Below, in pieces: positions 36,921 through 49,800 of a stretch of 64,000 nucleotides of DNA. The stretch's first letter is position 1. Each line of letters starts with the position of its first letter. Both the position numbers and the translations under genes were made by a program. This DNA is from Haplodiscus bocki (taxonomy: Eukaryota), in assembly GCA_965655095.1 (NCBI GenBank), contig OZ296651.1, forward strand, positions 117,676,001 through 117,740,000, given 5' to 3'. The notes under the pieces were generated by a model. The model made no database searches and was not told the origin of the DNA. It saw only the letters and a list, made by a program, of their open reading frames with translations.

Positions 36921-39900
36921 TACTCTTTCACAAGAAAGTTCGCGCAAAAGTTTATCAATCACTCATCTTTAATAGTGAATTTATTGTAAAGAGTAGGCAC
37001 CATTATAGAACCAACGTACAAAGTGACATCGTTTTGCTGGGCTTTCAAACTGTTCAATTAACGGTAGCACTTAATCAATTCGAAAAAAGCAGTATCCAGA
37101 AAAATATATGCAATGTGGGCCTTGGTTTTGCGCAGTTAACGAAGCAAAACCAAGGCATTTATCAGAGAAAGAAAACAAACAGTTATTTACTTGGAGAGTC
37201 GGCGATGTAATGAGTGTTAATTGCGAATTTTGTGTTGCTTAAAAAACGTATATAAGAACTTATTTTCCGTTCACCCATACAAGTGGAACGCATCTCGATG
37301 TTACGGATTCCCGTCAATTAGTAGTGTACACGGCGAGTTCGTTCAAGTATTTTCCACAATCCTCAGTGAAAGACACTACAATGCACATCACAATCGTTCT
37401 TAGAAGCTAACAATGTTCAGTTGGAAAAACCAACTGAGAACGCATGAGTGATGAGCGAACTCATACGCATTTCCAAAGGTGTTTGGGAAAACTGTGCACT
37501 TTAGCAGGGCTGCAAGTTAACCTAAAAAGAGTAATCATGAAAAATGAAGAGGCAAGAAAAGGGAAAAAAAATAAAGTTTTTCCGATACCGTACTATTAAT
37601 TCAGGCAAACTGAAATTATGCCCTATTCTTTATGACTCAAGTCTGACACGAGGTGAAAATTAATTCCACAAAAAACCATCATCATTTAGAAAACCCGAAA
37701 TCCTAACAAAGTAGAGATCTATGTTTGAAAGATTCTCACCATCTTGTTTTTCTCTTGGTAAAATCTTAGCTTGCAAAATCATTGCATGATACGGAAGTTA
37801 TGGAAGCTGAGAAAACCAGGTAATTTAGTTGAGAAAACAACTGCTTGGAGCAGCGGTTGATCAACAAAAATTCAATCAATAATATCGACAGCGATTATGT
37901 AAATTCTAAAAATGAAACATTCAAGTTCATTATTGTACAAAGCAGATGGGAGTTTTGAAAGTTGAAATAAGAAACAGCAAGAGGCCGTCTTCTTCCCCGG
38001 CCAAAAAACACGTTAACAATTTTACCTTGTCAAAGTTTCATTTCAACAACTGAAGAATGTAAACATTCAGTGTTTGCGGAAATTTATTAAAATTGTCCTC
38101 AAACAGAAGTCGTTTTCTTATAAGTGCGTCCCAAAGTTGATCCGCAGTCAAATGCGTGGTACTTCCACGCCAAAGATAACATACAGTGTGCTATGAATGT
38201 TGAGGCAGTACTTTTCATCAAAAAGTATTTTCCACAAGCAAGGTTATTCGCTAATATCTGCAAAAAACGCGTCCGAATCCAAACAGTGTTGTCGGAAAAG
38301 GCAATTTTTTGCGGTCAAAACTATTGATAATATGATCTGAATTACGGTCATTCGATCTTGAATTTCGCTCCGAAATGGTAAAAACGATTGAATGGTTGAT
38401 CACATGGAAGATGAAACGAAACTCACAGGCAACACAAACATGAAGATTTTTCCAAACCAGCAAAAACACGATGAAATGACGCACAAAATGTCAAGTTTGT
38501 CAGAAACCTATAGGTTTTGTAATTCTGCGAACATGCACGTTAATAATCTGTAGCTTTTAGGCTGTAGATGGGTAAAAAATTAATGAACACAATTTCTTCT
38601 CCATAGCAAAACCATTAGCATGCTCAATTCTGAGGAGCTCGGTGACACTGTCGTTCAATGCCAATCATCTTTGGAATCCATCGGTATAAATTTAAAGTTA
38701 CGATTATGTTGTACACTTTTCAATTTTTCTTACGCCTCTCATGCTCTATCAGCCACATTAGCAATTTATGTAGGATGATAACAGCGGAGCTCCCCTTTGC
38801 AATTCGGAAATTGTGGAAGGATACCTAGTACTCAGTCAACGATTGTTACAAACATTATCCAGCATTCTTCGACAAGGAAAACGTCAGTTAAATAAATTTC
38901 TGGAAAGAATTAGTTCAATTTATCGACAGAAGCCACGCGATGTTGACCATAGTCAGTTGAGACTTCAGTGAGTCACGATTCACAAGATGAAAACTTCAAA
39001 CGATCGAATGACATAAGAAAAGTGTCTACTTCAGAGGGTTCAAGTGAGGGATGGGAAATTGGCCATGTCTAGTTGACGCTAAAGAAATTATGATTTCATA
39101 TCAAAACGCTTCATCCAAAAACTAACTTCGCAATAGTTCAGAGGAATAACACGTTGCTATATTTCGCTCGTCCGCGGATAATTTTTTCTGACAACGAGAA
39201 GCATTTTTTCACAGAAAAATCAAAACTTACTGTGAAAAAAGTTCAAAACTCCGATATGTAGGCTTCAGAACCAACCAAATATATTCTACCGAAAAACTGA
39301 GATAAAAGAATTCGTGAAAAGCGACAATTTTTGAACGGTCTGTAGAACAGTAAAAACTTCAAAATCGGAATTACTCAAAAACGACATCAAGAGTAAAGAA
39401 GCATCGTTTCAACTGTACACGTTACCTCCACATATTGTTAAAGTTGCTTACACTAACCACATTTCATGTTCACAAAAACTCAAAATGTAGAGAATGGAAG
39501 TACTGCTTTCAAGACTTTATAAATGAAAGGCACATATTTAATCGACTATCAGTACTGATCCGCCATCAAGTTGGCCTTTATCTTGTCATTATTTATCGTT
39601 GATGAATATTTGATGAAGACAACTGTCTCAATTCAATGATGATTATGACTAGTAACTTTTTCTCATCCTTTTATTTTCCAGAAGCATCAAACGTTCTATA
39701 AATGTTTTGGACGACGCATGAATAATATTGTTACATAGTGGATGAAATGATATGGCGCAGAACTTCCTATTCATAAATTTTTGTAGTACAGAACGCCCAA
39801 CTGTACATTTGCATGTTTTGAAAAAATCAACTGATGTGGAATAGCACACAACACTTATATTGTTCCTCTGAAGCACAAAGGAAGGCAACGCGAATCACCA

Positions 39901-40417
39901 AGAATTGCTTCAAGTACATGACTCATTGCGCAACGAAAAGATTTTATTTAAAAAAGTGGATTAAATAAATGGAACGTAACTGCACTCAAAACGTCCATTG
40001 TTATGGAAGCCCGTAACGGGTAGGTCTGCGGAGTTATATTTTAATTCAGAAGCTGATAAAGTGGAAAATTTGTTACTTAACCGTTCTGAGCTGACTTCCG
40101 GAAAAAATCGACCGGAAAGTACGTTTGCCATACACTTCATTGCTGCTGTCATGAACTTAAAAAAAAGGAAAATTACCATAGTTTTTGAGGAACATCCCTA
40201 CATTTACGGCGTGAGACGAACTCTGTATGTATCAGTTGCATCCGCATTGTGCGAGTTAATCTTCAGCCTGGAGAAAAGTATCGTAAAAAAAAGAACAAAC
40301 AACAGTTTCAATTATATACACAAAAATTTAGAATTCCGAACCAATCACCAGAATTGATACAAAAATAGAAAACTGAATGCAAAAAATCCCGCCCTCTAGT
40401 GATTTGCACCGTTGCCT

Positions 40418-41462
40418 CCACTGGGTGGTCACGGGATTACGCCCCTCATAGGTCCTGGCGAGGCGGGGGAGGGGCCCCTTTGCCTCGCGTTAAAATATAA
40501 GAAATAACTCTATGCAAATACGGTATAGGAAAATAACGATCTCAGCTCCCACCCATACGATTTTGATCAAACTTTGCATGCGGGCATAACTTTCAATTCT
40601 AAGAACAATGGTGCAAGTTAGATCATTCTAGCAAAAATGGTTGGGGAATTATGACGGGATGATTCTCTTTTTTGGCCTCATTTTGCAGTTTTTTACCGAC
40701 AGCCCTGCAAGGAACCACATGCATTTGGCCGAAACTTTTCGTGTGAAGCAGAATAACTAAGGGCTACACACATGCAAAAAATTTTCTACCAACTCGTCAT
40801 AGGTGTTGAGATATGACGGATCAAAGTTGGAAAAAAATGACAAAAATCGATCATTTCGTCATATCTCCCACATTGAAGTACCTAGATTGCGCTCTGGAGT
40901 GGCTCCAGTATGAAATTAACTCCATAACTAGAAAGATAATTTTTCGACGACAAAAAATTTTCGGCCCTTTTGCCGAAAGAAATGACGGTTATGACGAACT
41001 TTCCGAAAAAAAATTAAAATTTTCCAAAAACTCAGTTTTACTTGTAGAATTCGTATCTGGCAAATGTTTTGTTCAATTTCTCTACAGAGTTTTCTCACTG
41101 CAAAGTTTATCTCGAAATTTAACCTTTGTTGTGGGTCGAAGTTTTGAAGTTTTTCGGAAAAACAATCATAATTTGGTCCAAATTTGAGGAAAAAATTATC
41201 AAAAGTCAAACTGTTAATTGCCCCGCCCCGTTGTTTCGTAGACTAGCGGAGTGACACGGAGAAACAACGGGGCCAAATTGTTTGCAAGTTCCATCATCGA
41301 TGTTTCATCCGGATCGGTGAAGATTTCACATGCTAAATTTCAATATATAAAAAATGCATTTGCAAAAATCATTACTGTGTTGAAAGACAACACTAGCAAG
41401 TTTGTTCAAGTTTCAAAATGGCATAACCAGTGACCGCCACCTGGTGATTTTCACCGGTGCCT
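40418..41462. mobile_element. Short non-coding module, type A variant (1045 bp)
   Basis: Left part closely matches the 5815 module. Right part is more diverged but keeps the perfect 13-bp stem at 41225-41273. Confidence 0.8.
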
Positions 41463-42793
41463 CCACTGGGTGGTCACGCTTTTTAGCCCCACAAAACCGT
41501 TTGCGAGGCGGGGGAGGGGCCCTGTGCCGAGCTTCATAAATCAAGTTTACACCTAACCGGACCCCCCCGAAAAGGAGACGATCTCGAAACCTAACCATAC
41601 GATTTCGATCAAACTTTGCATGTGGATAGAGTCTGCCGATGTATGAAGATTTTTGGCACTTACATCATTTTCTTTTTTTTCGTTGGGGAGATATGACGCA
41701 ATGATCCTGTTTTTTGGCAGGTTTCGATGTATTTTTCGCAATATCTCCACACTTTAACCATAGCATTGGACTCAAATTTTTTGTGTGAAGCACAATTGTT
41801 GTGGACTACCTACCTGCCAAAATTTTTTGGCCAGGGCCTTTTGCCCTAGGAGATATGACCTTTCAAAATTGTCAAAAATAGGCCAAAATCGACCAATTTG
41901 TCATTTCTCCCACGTTGATGTTAAAAAAGTGATGTGAGCTTTCGTCACAACGTGACGGGACCTGTGTCAAATGAAAAAAAAATTTCCGACAAAAAAACAG
42001 TTTTGGTCAAATTGCCGAAAATAATGACGGTTATGACGATTTTTTGAGGAGGAAAAAAACAGGTAAAAAGTCAGTTTCTCCTCTACTTCATCTGAAATCC
42101 GTCAACTTTTTGAAGGCGGGAATGAAGCTTTGCTGAAATTTCATACTCAACTATTAGGCTGGGAAACTGTCGGTAACACAAGTTTTAACTTGGGCCAATT
42201 CAAGGAAACTCGCTGCAGTTTTTTTTCTTTCAATTCCAAATTATTTGTAATAGAAATTATGAAGATTATGTTATAGTTATACATAACTGTAGCAACTTTT
42301 TTTGTCTCAGTGGACATTGAATTAGATTTGAGGTGACTAGTTACAAGGAGCTGCACAAACTTTTTTCTGAATGACCCATTGAATTTTTAATGAACATTAT
42401 ACGTACCAACAACAGAAAACAACTTAAACTGTGCTAAATAAAGTTCACTAGTAATACAAAGTGAAATCTCAGTTTAACTGCAAATGAATGGTAGCAACCC
42501 TTGAAAATTCAATTGAATGCACGTAGAAAAAATGCACTTCATGACAACTATCTTTTTCTTAAACGACAATTGATCTTTTAATTTTGGGCAAACACCTTAC
42601 GGTCGAATGCCTTGTGACAGTCGATGTTGCATGCAAACAACTTTCGGTAGCTTGCGGAATGATTCATTGCACTTTGTTTTAATTGTCTCTAATACCTGTG
42701 TTGCGCCTGTAATTAATTTGTAACTGTAGTAAAAACTATCACAACAGTGATTGATATAAGATTTGTTTGAGTTTTGTTGGTTCAATGAAGTGT

Positions 42794-43807
42794 TCATCTC
42801 ATGTTGTTTGCATTGTCACTTGCCGGCAAACTTGCGTTAGCGTGAAAAAGGCGTGGTGGCTGGTTTGTATCGTCTCCAGTCCAGGGAATTACATTGTACT
42901 TCAAGTTCACAGGGATCTCAGTCGCTGGAGTGATCCGACAAATTCTTACCCTTTGAACATTTTGGGCAATGTTTTCTTCTGTCAAAGCAGTTTTGTAGAA
43001 GCCTGACACTCTCCATCCACCATTGTTATTAACATGGTTGGCAACACGCATGACAGCTTCTCTCAAAAGTCCCCTGTCAATTGATGTGTATGCCGATCTA
43101 ATGATAGCTTCCTCACAAAAAAGTTTGGTCAAAGACAAACTTTGCAGAATATCCCCTGTTAGAGGATCATCGTCTTCGTTCAATATGTCCTGACTAATTA
43201 CCCTTGCTGACGTTACCCATGCCGACAAAGTCGATTTTTGCAAACATGCACAAATGCTTTCGTTTTTTCCATTTCTTCTGTCGCACAAAAAACCTGAACA
43301 AGTCGGAAACACAGGAATTGCGTGCAGAAACGAAAGGGGTCGATGTGGGAGACAGAAGTGGAACATTGCACCCGTCGAGGGATTCAAATCGATAGGATTA
43401 GGCTCCATTGGCAGGTCGTCGGTAACTACCTCTAACGGAAGAGACACGTTGAAAATTGGATTGGTTCGATCGTTACCAAGGCAGGAGTTGGAAAATATTG
43501 CTTCTTTCACATCAACGATGGCACCAATAGTTAATTTTCGGTCAGCAAAAAGGAGTGAACTTTTCTGCGCAGAATCGGCTATTACTGCAAAGCATTCTCG
43601 CGTTTCCATTTCGCCGATGATGATTAGGCGATCATAGTTTGTGTCAGGGGTCAATCTTTTAGCTTTTACAGTTTGCGGTCGAAATAACTGTAGGGGACGA
43701 TCAAATTTTTTAAAAACCAAAACAACACCTCGGATATATGTGTTCTCACTGTTTCGCAAGAAGTTGGGAGCAGTTATTTGGGCCGTATTTACACGGGTGG
43801 TCATCAT
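42794..43807 (-). CDS. 337-aa accessory protein of unknown function (unit 3)
   Basis: Open 1014-bp frame from ATG-ATG at 43807; homolog of 8197-9210. Confidence 0.8.
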   Translation of the reverse strand: MMTTRVNTAQITAPNFLRNSENTYIRGVVLVFKKFDRPLQLFRPQTVKAKRLTPDTNYDRLIIIGEMETRECFAVIADSAQKSSLLFADRKLTIGAIVDVKEAIFSNSCLGNDRTNPIFNVSLPLEVVTDDLPMEPNPIDLNPSTGAMFHFCLPHRPLSFLHAIPVFPTCSGFLCDRRNGKNESICACLQKSTLSAWVTSARVISQDILNEDDDPLTGDILQSLSLTKLFCEEAIIRSAYTSIDRGLLREAVMRVANHVNNNGGWRVSGFYKTALTEENIAQNVQRVRICRITPATEIPVNLKYNVIPWTGDDTNQPPRLFHANASLPASDNANNMR

Positions 43808-45149
43808 CTGGAACAATCTCTTCAAGCATCATCTTACACAACGCGGTTTACACAATGACATTTTTTTAACCTATTCAGGACGCAGAACTAAGTGTTCTCA
43901 ATAAACAAAACAAAGAAGATGAAGTTGAACATGATCAAATACAACTTCATTAATTTTCCACGTTTCAGTGAGAATTGTTAGTATACATTAAAAGGTTCGA
44001 TATTAAAGTTGTTGCTCTTTTTTTACATTGAAAAAATTTACATGATTATTTACATGATGCCACGCAAAAGGTGGAACTGACTTTTTTCAACTTTTTTTTT
44101 CACTTTTCAACGGTCTGAAAGTTCAGTCAATAGTAAATGAGGGGTATGTTTGGTCTTAATTACATTCTTCAACGAACTTTCACTGAACAATCATGGCTGC
44201 AAATGCAAATGAAAAGAGTATACGTGTTGAAAACGTGTTAATTCAGGATAAAATTGAAGTTCTTTGTGGTAACCAGTCTAACATGAAACTAAAATCTTTT
44301 GAAAAATGATTAATTCATTGCACAGACAATGATAGCAACTTGAAAGAAATGAAACAATCGACAGTTTTTTGACTTAAACAAATGAAGTTGAATCGAAGCT
44401 ACATAAAACGATATTTCAGGGGAAGTAATCTGCGGAATGTTCCATTTCAATGAGAATTTCAATTAGGTACAAAAAAGTAACAGAAATAAAAACAACGCCG
44501 AACAAAAAGCAACATTCAAGGGTTTAGCAGTATCCATGGGTTTAGCAGTATTCACTTTATGGAGAAACGTATGTGAAAGAAACTAGCATACATAAAAAAA
44601 CAACGCAACATACCAAATTCAAAGGTTTACCGGATTAAAATGACATTTACTCAAAAAATCATTGAGTTTTGTTGAGAAGTTACAAAAAAATAGCAACTCA
44701 GATCACTTTACAGTCGATTCCAATTGTATGCACAGTAAAACAACCAATAACTCCTATTTGTTTGCTGCATGATAAAATAGGAATATCTGTTTAATCGAAT
44801 ATGCCGAAGGAAGCCTTCAAAACCTTGGTCGTTCAGGTTTCCCACAACACTTTTATTTCTTTTTCAGTTGGAAAACGATGTGATTGCTTTCAGAACCCCA
44901 GTCGACATTGAGCAGGTGTACGTATTCTGCGACGCTCTGTTAAAAGAGTGGGCATTAAACAATTACAATTGATCACAATTTTGTCGACCACATTATGAAA
45001 ACTTTTCAGTCAACTTTGATACTTTAAAAGAAACAAAGAACAAAGAGAACAAACACGCCATTTCCAAAAAATCTAACACAGGGAACCATGTTAGAGACTG
45101 CGTTCATTAATCAACAACTACTTCACGAAAGCTCTGTTACTTGTACTTA

Positions 45150-45902
45150 TCAAAGGTCAGAAAAACGTTGTACAGTACCCAAAACTCTTTTTCTTAGAAT
45201 GTACATCAAGTTGGAAACACCGTGACGAGATAAATGCACGCCATCCATCAAATTCCTCTCGGAGCTCATTTTGCTAGCCACCGACAAAAAATTGTATTGA
45301 CCCGAAGAGTTTCTGAGTCCATCGTTCACCCTTTTGATATCTAGGAGGCAACGTTTGGATCTCATGACAAGAGCCAGACAGTATACTGTGTAACACATTG
45401 GAGTGGCCAGACGCACGAGGTACATAATGTCTCGAACCACCTAAGATTTAACAAAATTTTTTGAGGTGAACATGCACTTCGTTTGATTTTGTCGAACTTT
45501 CTTCAAATTTTGGAGGAAAAAAATGAAAATACTTTCAGTTTCATTTGACGCTCAGCTTTTCAATAGGAAAATTTTTTTCGCAGGGAAATATCACCTGCTT
45601 ATCAATTCATGCACAATGCACCCTGATGTTGCAATGAGTATTTTCCTGAAAATGTTTTCAGTCGCGACCAACTTGACATTCTGTTGAACAAATCACTCAC
45701 TTGCTCAGGAGTTTTTCCTGCTTGTAAGTGCATTTGCCCCGATGAACAGAATGATTGATTCATAAAACGTTGTTAGGTTTCTTAAACAGTCAATTACCGG
45801 ACGGCAAGATGCCGTGGCACCAGAGAAAAACTTCACTTCCAGGTTTTCGTGCTTCCTGACAAGTCTTCTGCCAAGAGAATCAGCTATGATAAGATGTCTC
45901 AT
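45150..45902 (-). pseudogene. SGNH/GDSL hydrolase gene, frameshifted (unit 3)
   Basis: Carries the same 14-bp exon 1 deletion as unit 1. Confidence 0.8.
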
Positions 45903-46813
45903 TTAGATCTGCAGAACGTTGAAAAACAAAGACAAGGGGGGACGACAAAAAAACGACAATTAATGATTCCAACATCATAGGTACACTATGATGGAACACA
46001 GAAGATAAGTGTCTTTAGCATTAAATTGGAGTATAAAACGCAAGAGCTGAAAAAATCATTGCTCCGAAAGCTCTAAATATATATTTGCTCATTTGAGTGT
46101 GTCTGCTTTTTGGTATAGAAGTTTCACTAAGGTTTCACTAAATGTTTCACCTTGCGGTCGAAACAGGAAGAAGTACAAGGCTTTTATCATACACTATCTG
46201 GGAGTATATCGTTATTAGGACAAACAAAAAAGAAAGTGTTCGATAAGCATACGTTAAAAATGCAGTGCAAAAAGTTAAATTTTCTAATCAATCAACTTTA
46301 CTAACAGTGGGCAATCAGGAACGTTCTTTGTTAAGGGGCAGTTTAAGAACACCTAATGTACCCATTTCAATGTTCCAAAAAGCATGTTGAAAGTGCAGCA
46401 AACTTTTTTCTGCAAATGAATTTTGTCGAGAAAGTTTTGTATTAAACTTACTTAAACGTTGAACTCTCTGGAAAACAGTACGTTGGCTAAATATTCTGTA
46501 GACTACTCTCAAAGACGTCACAAATTGAACAATTGAATTGTTGTAAATAGCAAAAGAAAAAACATTTAGAAATAACAAATTCAGCGTTCTTTAAACACAG
46601 CAAAAAGCAAAAACACACATACTAAAAACATTATACGTGCACCTCTGGAAACCACCGGGGACATTGAAGATATACGTTGGACGTTTAAAAATTCATTTCA
46701 TGTGTTGAATAAATAATGAACTTCAGGTTTGTTTGTGAGAAAGCATTCACTTCGTCACATTTCACAGTCGGCGAAGCATTTGATAAGTAGTTTGTCAGTG
46801 TTTCTCTAAGGTA

Positions 46814-49800
46814 CTAAAGTAATATAGGCTGATTACAGCAAATTACCAATTTCAAGACATCTTCTTTATGCGGCCAATTTATGATTAAGTTTTCTGCTGT
46901 TGACAATGCATTCGGGAGGGAGATGTTCTTCTTCCTCAAGTTAAGCACTTTAGTAACTGCCTCAAGCCACCGTTTTTCACAAAACCTTATTCTCTCCGTT
47001 GAGCTGCTTGCAAGAAAACCAGTCACATAAGCACACAAAACCCAAGGTCTTCGAGAGGGATCCTGTGTGAATGATGCTCCCAAGCCAACATTATGTTCAC
47101 GAATTCGTCGATTGAGGCACATTGTTGAACCAATATATAATAAGTTGTTTTGCGGGACGCTCTGAATAAGGTAACAGTAGCCAACATTCTCCTGCGGTAT
47201 ACTGATGGTTGATGGAAAAGGGTTTGTAGCACCATGGAAGATCGTTGGGTCACGGGAAGAACACTTCTGGAGGATTTCGGAAGTCAGCTCCGACCACTGT
47301 GACTTTTTACACAGCAAACTCAGAATGGCTCCTTCGTTCGACTGCTTCGATCCCACGAAAGTGATGTCCGCCAGTGATCGAACACGACTCATTACTACGT
47401 ATAGTTGCTCTGGCAACCAAAGTGAAAACTCTTGGGCTCCAACAATCTGCGTGGCAACTGTTGGGAGTGTTTCGCCCATAGTTTTATGAATAGTTGACGC
47501 CACGTACAATTTGAGGGGGAATTGGATTCTGCGACAAATAGTTCTGTGGTTTAGACGAATGTTCACTCCAATTTCTTTTGCAAGGACAATACATCTCCAG
47601 GTACTTCGAATTACAGAGAGTGGTGGAATGGATCGGCAACCAGCAGGTGCCAAGGCAACAGTTACTGTTCCGTTGTCAGCCAATGAGTCCAGGGAAACCA
47701 AAACACAGAGTTGTCCTTGGAAAGCCATCACATTTGGCTTGTTCACAGTGAGTCGGAGAATTGCTCCAGGGAACAGAAACAACGATTGTGGCTCCAAACA
47801 TTTCTTGTTTAAAAACTTTGTCGCCGCTCCAGAAGCTTCTATCCAGTTGTCCGTACTTGACACACACATTTCATCTGTCGATGAACTTTCATGGAACTGG
47901 GAACCACTGTCTTTCACTTGACAAATTTTCTTTAATGTCGCATATCTTTCTGCTTTGCGAGTAGCAAAAATTCTAATTGTATCATTTGGTACGTCATCCC
48001 AACATTCTACGAAATTGCAATTTCGCTCAATCAAATTCCAAATTTGCTTTCCGATGGGAGGTGTTCTGGGAAAAGTTGACATGAGTGACAAAACTTTCTG
48101 ACCTGCTTCGTTTTGCATACGCACAAAGTGCTGGAGGAAACTAAAATGAAAAGTCGTTAAAGGGAATGAAGAACTGATCAGACAACTTCCTTTTCGTGGA
48201 GGAAGTTGAAAAAAATCTCCTGTTGCAATGATTAGTTTCCCAGCAAATGGCACGTAGTTCGAGCAAATGATTTGGAAAACGTGGTCCGTGGCAGCCCAAA
48301 GTTCACTTGAGATCATCGAAATTTCTTCAACGAACAATACATCCAAATTCTGGAGAAACCGACTTTTGTCCGGTGCTTTCTGCAAGCTGGACAAAGCTAA
48401 TCGAGACAAAGAAATAACAGTTCCATTTTTTTCCACCGGGAAAGGAATGAGAGCGTTCAGATGCTTCCCACCTAAAGCAGCCGACCTTTCGGCCGCCAGC
48501 GAAGTTACCATGCAATTGAGTCCTTGACATATTGCATAACTCAGACCTCTCAGCATGATGAACGTTTTTCCCGTTCCTGGTGCCCCTGCAATGATTTGAT
48601 GTCTGACGAAATTTTGTGTTCCTCCTCTGTACAAGTCCACCATTTCAACTAAATGTTTCAAAATTTCACTCTGTTCACAGTACGACTTCACTGTCTGGCC
48701 AGGATGTCTACCAAAGTCCGGTTTCCAAACAACGGGTGCAGTTAGGGAAGCGTCTATCATACTTTCTTCGCTTGGAAGTCCCATTTGACATGTGTGTAAG
48801 AACTCTACCAATCTACTCTTGTTCATTGTCAAATCTACAGCAACATTTTCTTCGGAGTCGGCAGAGATAGTGCGATCCAAAACAGCTGGTACCCCGGATG
48901 CAAAATACAAATTGTTTTCTAACAGTGCCTCTCCTAGAACACTATTTGCCATCAACAAATACTTGTCAATGAGTTTAGAGGATCCTGGCACAAAGCGGAG
49001 CTGTTGCAGTAGGTACCGGCGAGCTAGTTGAAGGACGACTGCTACAGTAATGTTGTTACGCTCGACCAGGTTGGCAGCTACAAAAACTTCCCTGAAAGAG
49101 GAAACAGAGAGAATGTCCAGTTCGGTGTCAAACGAACCAAAAGTTAGCACAAAGTGCAACAAGAACTTTGCTGGACTACTGGGCAGATTATTTGTGAAAA
49201 CCACTATGGCTTTTTGATCTGAGAAACAAAGATTGTACGCTACTAGTCTGGGGCAACTTTTGGTTCCTTGCAATTTGGGGACAATTTGTTTGCGGCACTC
49301 CTCTTTCAAAAATTCGTCCCTCGGCTCATCACTTCTTGTTGCACAGAAATCAAGAAAATCAAAGATAGCGGATGGGCGTATCTTGATGACGTATCCGAGG
49401 CAATCAACCCAAAAGTCATTACACGATGCACGGCTCAACAAAATCTCATGACTACTTTTCCCTTTCGAAATGTTGTTTTTGAGTCTAACGAACCAACTGA
49501 AATAACTTTTCAAACTGCTGACAAAGAGAAGCTCCGGTGGTCTCAGCCCAAAAATGGTCACTTTGTCAGGCGTAATCGAACTCACTTCTACATCTGCCAA
49601 CAACAATTCTTGATTTTTTGTTAATTGTCGATGTTTTGGAAGCTTCAGGACGTTTTTCCGAATTCGAACAGCTTCGGCAAAAACAGCACTGATGTTCATG
49701 GTGCTCGCAGTATATTTTTCTATCACTATTCCTGATCTGAATTCTTTGGGAACTGTTGGTACATGAATGAAATCTACGTTTCTGCAAACGCACGGCAACT

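Larger units (their letters stand above)
23803..40417 (-). mobile_element. Helitron-like long module, unit 2 (16.6 kb)
   Basis: Junction-to-junction, same gene order as unit 1 and more diverged from it than unit 3 is. Shorter mainly through a 344-bp deletion at 33777/33778. Confidence 0.9.
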
